Made by a program: the position numbers and the translations under genes. The notes under the pieces were generated by a model. The model was given only the letters and a program-made list of their open reading frames with translations. It was not told the origin of the DNA and did not search any database. From Cylindrospermopsis raciborskii Cr2010 (lineage in GTDB: Bacteria; Cyanobacteriota; Cyanobacteriia; Cyanobacteriales; Nostocaceae): a stretch of 32,000 nt of DNA. Shown here one piece after another: positions 1 through 9,958 of the stretch; within the stretch, counting starts at the first letter, position 1, and each line of letters opens with the position of its first letter. The DNA is taken from NCBI RefSeq assembly GCF_003367075.2, contig NZ_CP065936.1, positions 3,420,001 to 3,452,000 of the forward strand, written 5' to 3'.

Positions 1-187
1 GATCTAAATCTAGTGTCTGGTAGAGTCCCAAAGTTAACTCCACAACTCCTAACCCGGGACCCAGGTGTCCACCACTTGCAGCTACAGTTTGTAAGTGTTT
101 ATCCCTAATTTGTTTAGCTATTTCCTGTAGTTGGCGAATAGATAACCCGTGTAACTGGTTTGGATGGGTGATTTCACTCAGAAGCAT
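1..187 (-). CDS. dxs: 1-deoxy-D-xylulose-5-phosphate synthase, first 62 codons (gene continues past the window start)
   Basis: Not in the ORF track because it is truncated. The reverse-complement translation from the ATG (complement of 185-187) reads [62 protein letters not shown]. This matches the conserved DXS N-terminus, including the GGHLGxxLGxVEL thiamine-diphosphate region. Confidence 0.8.
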   Translation of the reverse strand, partial: MLLSEITHPNQLHGLSIRQLQEIAKQIRDKHLQTVAASGGHLGPGLGVVELTLGLYQTLDLD

Positions 188-393
188 ATTATAAGCTTTC
201 CCTCTCTACATTATTGGCATTAATTGATTTTCCTACTTGATGTAGGCACAAAAACGCTGTCTTATAACTATAACTTTGGTTAGCTATCAACGGAGGGGGT
301 AAATGGAGGTTGATAAATAAAATGACCATATTTTGTAGTATATTCGGTTTGTGAGAGCATTTTTGATGTGGTGAAATTTTTGGGAGTTTAGCA

Positions 394-1104
394 ATGTCCG
401 TATCAGCAGACCCAGTTAAGTTGATGAAGCAAGAAGTCGGTAAAGCCGCCGCATCCCTGGTAAAATCGGGTTCTATTGTCGGTTTAGGTACGGGATCAAC
501 TACTGCTTACACTATTCAGTTTTTGGGCGATCGCCTGAAATCCGGTGAGCTTAAGGATATTGTTGGTATACCCACTTCCTTCCAGTCGGAAGTTTTGGCA
601 AAACACTATGGAGTTCCTCTTACTACTTTAGACGCTGTTGACCATATTGACATCGCTATTGATGGTGCTGATGAGGTTGATCCTAATAAAAACTTAATTA
701 AGGGTGGTGGTGCAGCACACACTCGGGAAAAGGTAGTAGACTATTTAGCAAGTCAATTTATTGTTGTGGTTGATAGTGGTAAGTTAGTGGACCATTTGGG
801 TTCTACCTTTGCTGTGCCCGTGGAAGTGATACCTATGGCTATCACCCCTGTAATCAACGCTATTAAGAAACTGGGGGGAAATCCGGAATTACGCATGGGT
901 GTGAAAAAGGCTGGTCCTGTGATTACAGATCAAGGTAATATGGTAGTTGATGTCAGATTTGACTCCATTGAAGATCCAGTGAATTTGGAAAAAACCCTGA
1001 ATAATATCCCTGGTGTTCTGGAAAATGGCATCTTTGTCAACTGTGTGGATTTGGTATTAATTGGCGAAGTAATTGATGGTAAGCCCTCTGTCCGACAAAT
1101 GTAG
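394..1104 (+). CDS. rpiA: ribose-5-phosphate isomerase A
   Basis: 236-aa ORF with the RpiA motifs GLGTGST, DGADEVD and [11 protein letters not shown]. Confidence 0.92.
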   Translation: MSVSADPVKLMKQEVGKAAASLVKSGSIVGLGTGSTTAYTIQFLGDRLKSGELKDIVGIPTSFQSEVLAKHYGVPLTTLDAVDHIDIAIDGADEVDPNKNLIKGGGAAHTREKVVDYLASQFIVVVDSGKLVDHLGSTFAVPVEVIPMAITPVINAIKKLGGNPELRMGVKKAGPVITDQGNMVVDVRFDSIEDPVNLEKTLNNIPGVLENGIFVNCVDLVLIGEVIDGKPSVRQM

Positions 1105-1151
1105 GTGGGGGTTGGGAAATGGGGAAATTAACCAATTTAGGAGAGTAAATA

Positions 1152-1586
1152 ATGACATTATCCCTTTATGATCAGGATATTTTACTCTGGGTTGAGGATA
1201 CGGTTGCTAAACTCAAAGCTGGGAATTTTCACGACTTAGACATTGTCAATCTAATTCAGGAAGTAGAAGCTTTGGGAAGTTCACAAAAAAGAGAATTATT
1301 AAGTCGTTTAATTGTCTTAATAGAGCACCTGCTTAAACGACTATATGTTAACTCTCCCTATGATTATCATGGTTGGGAGCGAACAATTAGAACTCAAAGA
1401 ACAGAGTTAGATATATTAATTAGTCAAGTACCAAGTCTTAAGTCCTTATGGAATGAGACCTTTCAGGAAGCTTGGCGACGTGCCCTGAAAAATGTAACCA
1501 ATGAGTATAAATCCGTCAATTTTCCCAGCCAATGGAATTATTCATGGGACTTAGCAACATTTCTAAACTCTAATTTCTGGGAGTAA
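1152..1586 (+). CDS. DUF29 family protein (function unknown)
   Basis: 144-aa ORF with the DUF29 signature SLYDQD..W......L....F..LD..NLIQEVEALG followed by a helical RLIVLIEHLLK segment. It is a paralogue of 8736-9218. Confidence 0.8.
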   Translation: MTLSLYDQDILLWVEDTVAKLKAGNFHDLDIVNLIQEVEALGSSQKRELLSRLIVLIEHLLKRLYVNSPYDYHGWERTIRTQRTELDILISQVPSLKSLWNETFQEAWRRALKNVTNEYKSVNFPSQWNYSWDLATFLNSNFWE

Positions 1587-1622
1587 ATTTAGGAAATAGT
1601 TTCAGTTTATAAATCTCAACTT

Positions 1623-2798
1623 ATGCTATATAGAAGATTCGGTCGCACTAACTTACAAATGCCTGTATTTTCCTGCGGGGGAATGCGTTATCAGTTTAAT
1701 TGGCAAGATGTTCCTCTCCAGGAAATACCTGTGGATAGTCAACAGAATCTAGCCAATATTATTCATCGAGCTGTTGATTTGGGCATCAATCACCTAGAAA
1801 CTGCCCGATTTTATGGCACTTCTGAAATGCAATTGGGGCAAGTTTTACCCAATTTGGACAGAGAAAAGTTAATAGTCCAAACCAAAGTAACTCCCTGTTC
1901 CGATCCCCAAGAATTTCGCCAAATCTTTGACAAATCCCTGGCCTATCTAGAGTTAGACTATGTTGATTTATTGGGGTTGCATGGAATCAACAACCAAGAA
2001 CTTTTAGACTATAGCATTGGTGGTTGCTTACAGGTAGCTAAAGAATTACAAGCTCAAGGTAAAGTGAGATTTATTGGGTTTTCTACCCACGCACCTCTGG
2101 AAATAATTTTACAAGCAGTTAACAGTAATAAATTCGACTATATCAATCTCCATTGGTACTATATAAATCAATGGAATTGGCCGGCCATAGAAGCTGCTAA
2201 TAGGTTAGATATGGGTGTGTTTATTATCAGCCCTGCTAATAAAGGAGGTATTTTATATCAACCTTCTCCAAAATTGGTTGAACTTTGTCAACCATTAAGT
2301 CCCATGGTCTTTAATGATTTGTTTTGTTTGAGCCATTCTCAAGTTCATACTCTCAGCATCGGAGCAGCACAGCCAAGTGATTTTGATGAACATTTAAAAA
2401 CCTTAGAATTGTTAGACAGAGCTGATGAAATTTTACCACCAATTATTGCCAAATTAGAAAAAGCAGCCATAGACACCTTGGGTGAAGATTGGGTAAAAAC
2501 CTGGGATACCAATTTACCAGTTTGGGAAAATACCCCAGGTAATATTAACATTAAATTGATTCTCTGGTTGTTAAATTTAGCCCTGGCCTATGATATGGTA
2601 GAATACGGAAAAATGCGCTATAACCTATTAGGCAATGCTGACCATTGGTTCCCAGGAAACAGAGCTGACAAATTAGAAGAATTGGATTTGCAAGAATGTT
2701 TAGGTAATAGTCCCCACCGGGAAAAAATTCCCCTAATGTTATCTAAAGCTCATACCATATTTAAGGGTGAAGAGGTAAAACGATTATCTCAAAGTTAA
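1623..2798 (+). CDS. aldo/keto reductase family oxidoreductase
   Basis: 391-aa ORF with AKR-type motifs: GRTNLQMPVFSCGGM, GINHLETARFYG and DYVDLLGLHG. Confidence 0.8.
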   Translation: MLYRRFGRTNLQMPVFSCGGMRYQFNWQDVPLQEIPVDSQQNLANIIHRAVDLGINHLETARFYGTSEMQLGQVLPNLDREKLIVQTKVTPCSDPQEFRQIFDKSLAYLELDYVDLLGLHGINNQELLDYSIGGCLQVAKELQAQGKVRFIGFSTHAPLEIILQAVNSNKFDYINLHWYYINQWNWPAIEAANRLDMGVFIISPANKGGILYQPSPKLVELCQPLSPMVFNDLFCLSHSQVHTLSIGAAQPSDFDEHLKTLELLDRADEILPPIIAKLEKAAIDTLGEDWVKTWDTNLPVWENTPGNINIKLILWLLNLALAYDMVEYGKMRYNLLGNADHWFPGNRADKLEELDLQECLGNSPHREKIPLMLSKAHTIFKGEEVKRLSQS

Positions 2799-2819
2799 AT
2801 TCCTCCATCACCCCCTAGA

Positions 2820-4121
2820 CTAATTTGTATGAGGAACGACTAAAACCTTATCAACTCTATTGCCATCCATATCCATAACTTCAATTCTCATTCCTTGCCA
2901 TTCAAAATGCTCTGCAGCGGTGGGAATACGTCCTAAATTAGTGATGACTAACCCACCCAGAGTTTGATAGTTTCCTCTTGCTTCCATTTCCAATTCTTCC
3001 ACGTCAAAAAGTTCAAAAAACTCTTCTACGGGTAACATACCATCCACTAACCAAGAACCATCTTCCCTTTGTACCGCTTGAGGTTCTTCCTGTCCCGGTT
3101 GTGCAGGAACATCACCCACAATTTCACTCATAATGTCATTTAGGGTCACTAAGCCTTGAATTACTCCATACTCATCCACAACTAAAGCAATATGAGTGAC
3201 AGTTTGTTTAAATAACTCCAGAACCTTTAAACCTCTGGTGCTTTCAGGTACAAAAACCGGTTGACGTAATCCTATGGTTAAATCAAAAGGTTCATTGCGT
3301 AAACTCCTGGAGAGTAAATCAGTTACCGGAATTACCCCTAAAACATTGTCTAGTCCCTCTTGACATACGGGGTAACGAGAGTAATTACTCGCAGACATTT
3401 TCTGGCGATTTTCCTCCGGTGAATCATCCAGGTCTAACCAGACAATATCCGGACGAGGAGTCATGAAAAAAGTCACCGGGCGATCGCCTAGACGAAATAC
3501 CCTTTCGACCATATCCTGCTCCGCTGCTTCAAAAGTTCCTGCTTCGGTACCTTGTTCTATTAAAATCTTGATTTCCTCTTCCGTAACCTGGGGTTCCTCC
3601 GAAGGTCTAATACCCAAAATTTGTAATACGGTCTCTGTTGATATACTCAACATGTATACTATAGGAGAAGCCAAACTGGCTAAAGCCCTCATAGGAATAG
3701 CTATAAAAGCAGCTATTTTTTCCGGATTATTTAATGCTAAACGTTTTGGTACTAATTCACCAACAATTAAGGATAAATAGGTAATGACTAAAACTACCAC
3801 TCCAAAAGCAATGGTCTGACTATAATCTGACAAAAAGGGTACTAACTCAACATATTTTTCCAATCTTTGAGCAATGGTAGCACCACCGAAAACACCGTTT
3901 AGAATATTAATCAGTGTGATTCCCACTTGAACAATGGACAGGAAGTGATTAGGAGCTTCTGCTAGCTCTAAAGCAGCCTGGGCATTAAGACTTCCTTGAT
4001 TGGCTAATTGCTGTAATCTAGCTTTACGAGCAGACACTATAGCCATTTCCGACATGGAAAATATTCCGTTAGCCAAAATCAGTGCCAAAATAATGAGAAT
4101 TTCCACAGTAATGGGAGACAT
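2820..4121 (-). CDS. hemolysin-family membrane protein (DUF21/CNNM transmembrane domain, CBS pair, CorC_HlyC C-terminal domain)
   Basis: 433-aa ORF. The N-terminus has four hydrophobic helices, followed by a central CBS-like region (GDRPV..FMTPRPDIVWL, VVDEYGVIQGLVTLNDI) and a C-terminal transporter-associated domain. Confidence 0.85.
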   Translation of the reverse strand: MSPITVEILIILALILANGIFSMSEMAIVSARKARLQQLANQGSLNAQAALELAEAPNHFLSIVQVGITLINILNGVFGGATIAQRLEKYVELVPFLSDYSQTIAFGVVVLVITYLSLIVGELVPKRLALNNPEKIAAFIAIPMRALASLASPIVYMLSISTETVLQILGIRPSEEPQVTEEEIKILIEQGTEAGTFEAAEQDMVERVFRLGDRPVTFFMTPRPDIVWLDLDDSPEENRQKMSASNYSRYPVCQEGLDNVLGVIPVTDLLSRSLRNEPFDLTIGLRQPVFVPESTRGLKVLELFKQTVTHIALVVDEYGVIQGLVTLNDIMSEIVGDVPAQPGQEEPQAVQREDGSWLVDGMLPVEEFFELFDVEELEMEARGNYQTLGGLVITNLGRIPTAAEHFEWQGMRIEVMDMDGNRVDKVLVVPHTN

Positions 4122-4289
4122 GGGAGTGAGGGAATGAGGGAGAAAGAGATAGCAAGAGGGAAAAAATGATTTTTCCTTCCGACCAATTTATTACCCATAT
4201 TACCCATTTTCCATTTCCGTAAAATAATTGGTATATAGATACAATCTATATTTTTTCACTTTTTTCGACTTCTCACCTGAGCAACAACT

Positions 4290-7200
4290 ATGACTTTTTC
4301 TTCTATTGTACGTAGTTTGATGCGATCGCCTCTGACCACGGAACTCAACAATCAACTCAAAAAACACCAGCAATTGGGTTTAAATGGCATTTCTCGCCTA
4401 CCCAAAAATCTCATCGCTTCTGCTCTTGCTAGCCAAGAGAGTCGTGACTTGTGTATTATCTGTGCCACATTAGAGGAAGCTGGTAGATTTTATGCCCAGT
4501 TAGAAGCCATGGGATGGAATACGGTCCACTTTTACCCAACCTCGGAAGCTTCTCCCTATCAACCCTTTGATCCAGAAACGGAGTTAAGCTGGGGTCAAAT
4601 GCAGGTATTAGCGGATTTAGTTAGTAATAGTGATCATAAGAGTATGGCCATTATTACCACTATAGGAGCATTACAACCACACTTACCACCTCGGGAAACA
4701 TTTAAATCCTTCTGTTTAACCTTACAAAAGGATATGGGATATAGCTTAGAACAATTTGGGGAAAAAATCACTGCTTTGGGATACGAGCGGGTTTCCCTAG
4801 TAGAAACAGAAGGTCAATGGAGTAGACGGGGTGACATTGTGGATGTATTTCCCGTTGCTTGCGAATTACCGGTGCGTTTGGAATGGTTTGGGGATGACAT
4901 TGAAAAAATCCGTGAATTTGACCCTAGTACCCAGCGTTCAGCGTTAGACAAAATCAATCAAATTACCTTGACCCCCACCAGTTTTGCACCAATTGTTTTA
5001 TCTGCTTTAAAAGATAATGCTCTATTTTGGCAATTCAGTTCCCAACTTGATTTAAATTCAGAAGTAATAGAAAATTCAGGATTAGAAGGTAGTAGAAGAT
5101 TTCTGGGTTTTGCCTTTGACCAACCCGCGTCAATTCTAGATTATTTACCAGCAAATACCTTAGTAGCAATTGATGAAATTGAACAATGTCATGCCCATGG
5201 CGATCGCTGGGTAGAAAATGCGGATGAGCAATGGTTACTAATTAACGATCAATTATCTACCACCTTCCCGAAAATACATATAAATTTTGAGGAATGTTTA
5301 GCGAAAAAAGTCAGCAATTTTAGTACCCTATATTTATCGGAAATAGCAGAAGAAAATAGTGGTAATATAACCTATAAAGATGCCAGGGAGCAAACCAGTT
5401 CTGAGAGTTTTATTCCCAGCTATAATTTAGGGGGTAGACCCTTACCCATCCATCCCCACCAATTTGCGAAATTAGCAGACACCATCCGCCAAGAAAGAGA
5501 GCGTAAATTTGCGGTTTGGATTATTTCTGCCCAACCTTCTCGTTCAGTTGCTCTATTACAAGAACATGATTGTCCAGCTCAGTTTATTCCTAATCCGCGA
5601 GATTATCAAGCCATTGATAAACTGCAAATTAATCAAACACCAGTTGCTCTTAAATATTCTGGTTTAGCGGAATTAGAAGGAGTAATTTTACCTTCTTATC
5701 GTTTAGTAATTATTACAGATCGGGAATTTTATGGTCAACACGCCCTAGCTAACTTTGGCTACGTGCGTAAACGACGTAAAGCAGCATCCAAACAGGTTGA
5801 TCCTAACAAATTAAGGGCGGGTGATTTTGTCGTACATCGTAGCCATGGAATCGGCAAATTTGTCAAATTAGAGAGTTTGACAATCAATGACGAAACACGC
5901 GATTATTTAGTCATTCAATATGCTGATGGCGTGTTAAGAGTAGCAGCGGATCAAGTAGGTTCCCTCTCCAGATTCAGAACCAACTTAGATAGACCACCCC
6001 AACTACATAAAATGACCGGTAAAGCTTGGGATAACACCAAGAGTAAAGTCAAAAAAGCCATTAAAAAATTAGCAGTTGATCTGCTACAATTATATGCATC
6101 TCGTTCCCAACAAGAGGGTTTTTCCTATCCACAAGACATGCCTTGGCAAGAAGAAATGGAAGATTCCTTTCCTTACCAACCCACCATAGATCAATTAAAA
6201 GCAGTGCAAGATGTGAAGAGAGATATGGAAAGTCCCAGACCCATGGATCGTCTAGTTTGTGGCGACGTGGGTTTTGGTAAAACAGAAGTAGCAATTAGGG
6301 CAATTTTTAAAGCTGTTACCGCAGGTAAACAAGTAGCACTTTTAGCCCCCACCACCATTTTAACCCAGCAACATTATCACACCATAAAAGAACGTTTTGC
6401 ACCCTATCCTATTCATGTAGGATTATTAAATCGTTTCCGTTCTCATGAAGAAAAGCGCAATATTCAAAAACGACTATTAACCGGTGAGTTAGACATAGTT
6501 GTGGGAACTCATCAATTGTTAGGTAAAGGAGTACAATTTAAAGACTTAGGATTATTAGTAATTGATGAAGAGCAGAGATTTGGAGTCAATCAAAAAGAAA
6601 AAATCAAAACTTTAAAAACACACCTAGACGTATTGACCCTATCAGCAACACCCATTCCCAGAACCTTATATATGTCCCTATCTGGGATTAGAGAAATGAG
6701 TTTAATTACCACTCCACCTCCGACCAGAAGACCGATTCAAACCCATTTAGCCCCATTAAACCCCCAAATTGTCAGTAGTGCCATTAGACAGGAATTAGAT
6801 AGAGGTGGACAAGTGTTTTACGTTGTCCCCAGAGTTGAGGGTATAGAAGAAACCACAACCAGACTCCGAGAAATGATTCCCAGTGGTAGATTTGTCATAG
6901 CCCATGGTCAAATGGATGAAAGTCAACTAGAATCAACCATGTTAACTTTTAGTAACCATGAAGCAGACATTTTAGTATGTACAACAATTATTGAATCTGG
7001 ATTAGACATTCCGCGAGTTAATACCATTTTAATTGAAGATGCCCACCGATTTGGACTTTCCCAATTATATCAATTAAGGGGAAGAGTAGGAAGAGCAGGA
7101 ATTCAAGCCCATGCTTGGTTATTTTATCCTAAACAAAGAGAACTATCCGATGCTGCTAGACAAAGATTAAGAGCCATTCAGGAATTTACCCAACTAGGTT

Positions 7201-7805
7201 CTGGTTATCAGTTAGCCATGCGGGATATGGAAATTCGTGGGGTAGGAAATTTATTAGGTGCGGAACAATCAGGTCAAATGGATACCATTGGATTTGACTT
7301 ATATATGGAAATGTTAGAAGAAGCAATTAGGGAGATTAGGGGTCAAGAAATACCCAAAGTTGATGACACCCAAATTGATTTGAACCTGACCGCATTTATT
7401 CCTGCAACCTATATTACCGATATTGATCAAAAAATGAGTGCCTATCGTGCGGTAGCGACAGCCAAATCCAAGGAAGAATTAAGAGCAATAGCAGCAGAAT
7501 GGAATGATAGATATGGTATTGTACCCCCCCCAGCAAATCAAATGCTCAGAGTTATGGAATTGAAACAACTGGCAAAAAATCTAGGTTTTAGTAGGATTAA
7601 ACCAGAGAATAAGCAACATATAGTATTGGAGACACCAATGGAAGAACCCGCTTGGAACTTATTGGCCCAGAGGTTGACGGAAAATATGAGAAATCGGTTT
7701 GTATATTCTCCTGGAAAGGTTACAGCTAGGGGTTTGGCTATATTTAAGGCCGAACAACAGTTGGAAACCCTAATAGATGTTTTTGGCAAAATGCAAGTTG
7801 ATTAA
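4290..7805 (+). CDS. mfd: transcription-repair coupling factor
   Basis: 1171-aa ORF with Walker [12 protein letters not shown], a DEEQ box ([10 protein letters not shown]), helicase C motifs (QLRGRVGR) and a CarD-like RNAP-interacting region ([14 protein letters not shown]). Confidence 0.95.
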   Translation: MTFSSIVRSLMRSPLTTELNNQLKKHQQLGLNGISRLPKNLIASALASQESRDLCIICATLEEAGRFYAQLEAMGWNTVHFYPTSEASPYQPFDPETELSWGQMQVLADLVSNSDHKSMAIITTIGALQPHLPPRETFKSFCLTLQKDMGYSLEQFGEKITALGYERVSLVETEGQWSRRGDIVDVFPVACELPVRLEWFGDDIEKIREFDPSTQRSALDKINQITLTPTSFAPIVLSALKDNALFWQFSSQLDLNSEVIENSGLEGSRRFLGFAFDQPASILDYLPANTLVAIDEIEQCHAHGDRWVENADEQWLLINDQLSTTFPKIHINFEECLAKKVSNFSTLYLSEIAEENSGNITYKDAREQTSSESFIPSYNLGGRPLPIHPHQFAKLADTIRQERERKFAVWIISAQPSRSVALLQEHDCPAQFIPNPRDYQAIDKLQINQTPVALKYSGLAELEGVILPSYRLVIITDREFYGQHALANFGYVRKRRKAASKQVDPNKLRAGDFVVHRSHGIGKFVKLESLTINDETRDYLVIQYADGVLRVAADQVGSLSRFRTNLDRPPQLHKMTGKAWDNTKSKVKKAIKKLAVDLLQLYASRSQQEGFSYPQDMPWQEEMEDSFPYQPTIDQLKAVQDVKRDMESPRPMDRLVCGDVGFGKTEVAIRAIFKAVTAGKQVALLAPTTILTQQHYHTIKERFAPYPIHVGLLNRFRSHEEKRNIQKRLLTGELDIVVGTHQLLGKGVQFKDLGLLVIDEEQRFGVNQKEKIKTLKTHLDVLTLSATPIPRTLYMSLSGIREMSLITTPPPTRRPIQTHLAPLNPQIVSSAIRQELDRGGQVFYVVPRVEGIEETTTRLREMIPSGRFVIAHGQMDESQLESTMLTFSNHEADILVCTTIIESGLDIPRVNTILIEDAHRFGLSQLYQLRGRVGRAGIQAHAWLFYPKQRELSDAARQRLRAIQEFTQLGSGYQLAMRDMEIRGVGNLLGAEQSGQMDTIGFDLYMEMLEEAIREIRGQEIPKVDDTQIDLNLTAFIPATYITDIDQKMSAYRAVATAKSKEELRAIAAEWNDRYGIVPPPANQMLRVMELKQLAKNLGFSRIKPENKQHIVLETPMEEPAWNLLAQRLTENMRNRFVYSPGKVTARGLAIFKAEQQLETLIDVFGKMQVD

Positions 7806-7829
7806 CAAGCGCTCCTGCAAGCATTTCAC

Positions 7830-7877
7830 CGTAGGTTGGGTTTAATACCAAACCCAACAAACTACTCCATTACGGAT
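7830..7877. repeat. short dispersed hairpin repeat, compact copy
   Basis: CGTAGGTTGGGTT is followed by a 6-nt loop and then AACCCAACAAACTACTCCATTACGGAT. A 9-bp stem pairs 7835-7843 with 7850-7858. Both halves recur at 9959-9971 and 10171-10197. Confidence 0.7.
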
Positions 7878-7943
7878 GATTATAATTAATTTTGCGCCAA
7901 ATATTATAAAGTACAATAAAAATACTTAAGCAAAAGGCTGAAA

Positions 7944-8246
7944 ATGGTCAAATCAACTTTGTACACCACAGCAAAAGTCCTACCAGGAAATAGAATTGAA
8001 ATTCAATCTCCAGATCTGACTGTAGGACAAACTGTTGAAGTCGTTATTTTGGTTGAAGAAGTTAGTTCTGATTCTTCTACCATCGAAGATATCTCTCCAT
8101 CCTTAAAACAGCGTCTTGCTTTTCTGAAGTTACCAATGACTGAACGTAGGAATATTCTCCAAAGTCAAGCTGATATAATGCTCTCTCACTATCAACAAGA
8201 TTCTGAATGGCAAGAATTAATGGTAGGTGACATCATTGAGTATTAA
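7944..8246 (+). CDS. putative type II antitoxin (AbrB/MazE-like N-terminal beta region)
   Basis: 100-aa ORF overlapping the downstream MazF ORF by 20 nt. The N-terminus (AKVLPGNRIEIQSPDLTVGQTVEVVIL) resembles SpoVT/AbrB-type antitoxin folds. The tail is acidic and helical. Confidence 0.6.
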   Translation: MVKSTLYTTAKVLPGNRIEIQSPDLTVGQTVEVVILVEEVSSDSSTIEDISPSLKQRLAFLKLPMTERRNILQSQADIMLSHYQQDSEWQELMVGDIIEY

Positions 8247-8601
8247 CCCTGATCTGCCAAAACGTGGAGAAATTTGGTTAGTCAACTTCGATCCTACTGT
8301 TGGTGCAGAAATCAAAAAAGTGCGTCCTGCTGTCGTCATCAGTTCCGATTCAGTAGGAAAGCTTCCTATCAAGCTTATTGCTCCTATTACAGACTGGAAA
8401 ACATATTTTTCATCAAATTTCTGGCATGTTAAAATTGAACCTAACAGTATCAATAGATTGAATAAAGATTCTGCAATTGATACTCTCCAGCTAAGGGGGG
8501 TGGATTTACAACGGTTTATTCGTAAATTAGGGAGCGTTTCTGAAATTACAATGCTGGAAATTGTAGCCTCCATTGCTACTGTAATCGAATTTGAGGTCTA
8601 A
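8227..8601 (+). CDS. mazF: MazF/PemK family endoribonuclease toxin
   Basis: The sequence PKRGEIWLVNFDPTVGAEIKKVRPAVVISSD is the PemK/MazF signature. The first in-frame ATG is at codon 109, so the start must be GTG 8227 or TTG 8236. Confidence 0.85.
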   Translation: MTSLSINPDLPKRGEIWLVNFDPTVGAEIKKVRPAVVISSDSVGKLPIKLIAPITDWKTYFSSNFWHVKIEPNSINRLNKDSAIDTLQLRGVDLQRFIRKLGSVSEITMLEIVASIATVIEFEV

Positions 8602-8671
8602 CAGATCATTCCACCTGACCGTGTGTTAGATCCCACATTCCGCATCTAAGTGTATTGTATATCTTGCCTGA

Positions 8672-8701
8672 TTGACATTAGATGGCCTATGACTATATAC
8701 T
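8672..8701 (+). promoter_or_regulatory. sigma70-type promoter candidate for the DUF29/nuclease pair
   Basis: A perfect TTGACA (8672-8677) is followed after 16-18 nt by TATATACT (8694-8701), about 35 nt upstream of ATG 8736. Confidence 0.3.
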
Positions 8702-8735
8702 ATTTTAAGTAAAGCTAGAACAAACGGATAACCCC

Positions 8736-9218
8736 ATGGTTCAAATAATAAACCTCGCCTCGCTTTACGAACAGGACTATCCTGCTTGGTTAGACTTAAC
8801 CCTAGCACAACTCAAGCAGCAAGATTTCAGTGCCATTGACTGGGGGAATTTAATTGAGGAAATAGACGCATTGGGAAGAGAGCAACGTTATAAAGTGGAA
8901 AGTTATTTGTTGCGACTCCTCATCCATTTACTACTGTACGAGCATTGGCAAACCGAACGCCCTTGGTCAGGTAAAGGTTGGGAAAAAGAAATTGATAACT
9001 TCCGGTTGGAACTTGATGCTCTGCTGGAGTCCCGGGTTCTTCATAACCACTTCTTGGCAATCCTACCAAAAGACTACGACAAAGCTCGGAAACTGGCAAT
9101 CAAAAAATCCGGGTTATCACCGACAATATTTCCAGAGATCTGTCCCTATACTCTGGAGCAAATGCTTGATTTCGGTTGGTTACCTTCACAAAAGTTGAAA
9201 CCCGACTCAGAAGGATAA
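8736..9218 (+). CDS. DUF29 family protein (function unknown)
   Basis: 160-aa ORF with SLYEQDYPAWLDLTLAQLKQQDFSAIDWGNLIEEIDALG and LLRLLIHLL. By eye it is roughly 40-45% identical to the N-terminal ~58 aa of 1152-1586. Confidence 0.8.
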   Translation: MVQIINLASLYEQDYPAWLDLTLAQLKQQDFSAIDWGNLIEEIDALGREQRYKVESYLLRLLIHLLLYEHWQTERPWSGKGWEKEIDNFRLELDALLESRVLHNHFLAILPKDYDKARKLAIKKSGLSPTIFPEICPYTLEQMLDFGWLPSQKLKPDSEG

Positions 9219-9226
9219 AATTAGTT

Positions 9227-9871
9227 ATGTCTTTTAATCAATATAAAAATATTGCTCAAGTTTTGGATGATTTTCCCTTAAATTATCTAGAAGAAAACTT
9301 TGTACAAGAAAAATCATTCTCCCCAGATGTTTATTTCATTAATCGCTTTAAATTACTGCTAAAAGAAGGAGTTGTTTTTAACTCAGAATATGCAATTTGC
9401 GAAGGTATTATTTTCCCCATTCTAACAGAAATATGGCAAAAGTACCGAGATAAATTATTGATTTGGAGTCATCAACCCCTAAACTATGACGAAAAATTGT
9501 CAGGAATACCTGACTATGTTGTTGCCAAAAGATCTTCGAGAGGAAAAGTGATTTTTGAATCTCCTTATTTAATATTAGTAGAAGCCAAAAAAGATAACTT
9601 TGAAGAAGGTTGGGGACAATGTTTAGCTGAATTAATTGCCGCACAAAAACTGAATAATCAACTAAATCAAACATTATACGGTATTGTTTCTAATGGTAAA
9701 ATTTGGGAATTTAGCAAATTAGAAGAAGATAATTTTGTCAAAAATATTGAAGAATATAGTATATCTAACTTAGAGCGGTTATTCGGAGTTTTGAACTATA
9801 TTTTTGAGATTACCTATTTATCTATAGGGGATAGTGCAAGCGCTGCTGCAGGGAATTCGCTGAATAAGTGA
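9227..9871 (+). CDS. PD-(D/E)XK nuclease-fold protein (HsdR N-terminal / Mrr-like core)
   Basis: 214 aa from ATG 9227, which lies 8 nt after the DUF29 stop, with GAAGGA 13 nt upstream. Ordered motifs are NSEYAICEGIIFPIL, SGIPDYVV, YLILVEAKK and GWGQCLAEL, i.e. an acidic helix, PD, ExK and Q. The ORF-track start at 9176 is a TTG inside the DUF29 gene and seems less likely. Confidence 0.6.
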   Translation: MSFNQYKNIAQVLDDFPLNYLEENFVQEKSFSPDVYFINRFKLLLKEGVVFNSEYAICEGIIFPILTEIWQKYRDKLLIWSHQPLNYDEKLSGIPDYVVAKRSSRGKVIFESPYLILVEAKKDNFEEGWGQCLAELIAAQKLNNQLNQTLYGIVSNGKIWEFSKLEEDNFVKNIEEYSISNLERLFGVLNYIFEITYLSIGDSASAAAGNSLNK

Positions 9872-9958
9872 TCGCACCATAACCGTTGAAAAAATCCAGT
9901 CACCTAAGGTTACCGGGTACGATAGTAAGTGGGTCAGTGGAATTAAATATAAGATTAA

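Noticed and set aside
7835-7858. Hairpin immediately after mfd as a Rho-independent terminator.
   Set aside because: No U-tract follows on either strand, and the same sequence recurs as a dispersed repeat. It may still attenuate transcription, but it is not a canonical terminator.
8217-8573. 118-aa ORF fully antisense to mazF.
   Set aside because: The plus strand encodes an unmistakable MazF signature. The antisense product is low-complexity with no motif, so it is most likely a shadow ORF.
8736-9218. Possible HEPN-like Rx4-6H motif in the DUF29 helices (SRLIVLIEH in copy 1).
   Set aside because: The spacing is inconsistent between the two paralogues (R-x6-H versus R-x3-H in LRLLIH). I cannot confirm a HEPN fold by eye, so I kept it only as a remark, not a call.
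9176-9226. Longer ORF-track start (TTG 9176) for the nuclease-fold gene, overlapping DUF29 by 43 nt.
   Set aside because: ATG 9227, with a GAAGGA site at the right distance just after the DUF29 stop, is the more conventional start. The extension adds a basic, featureless peptide.
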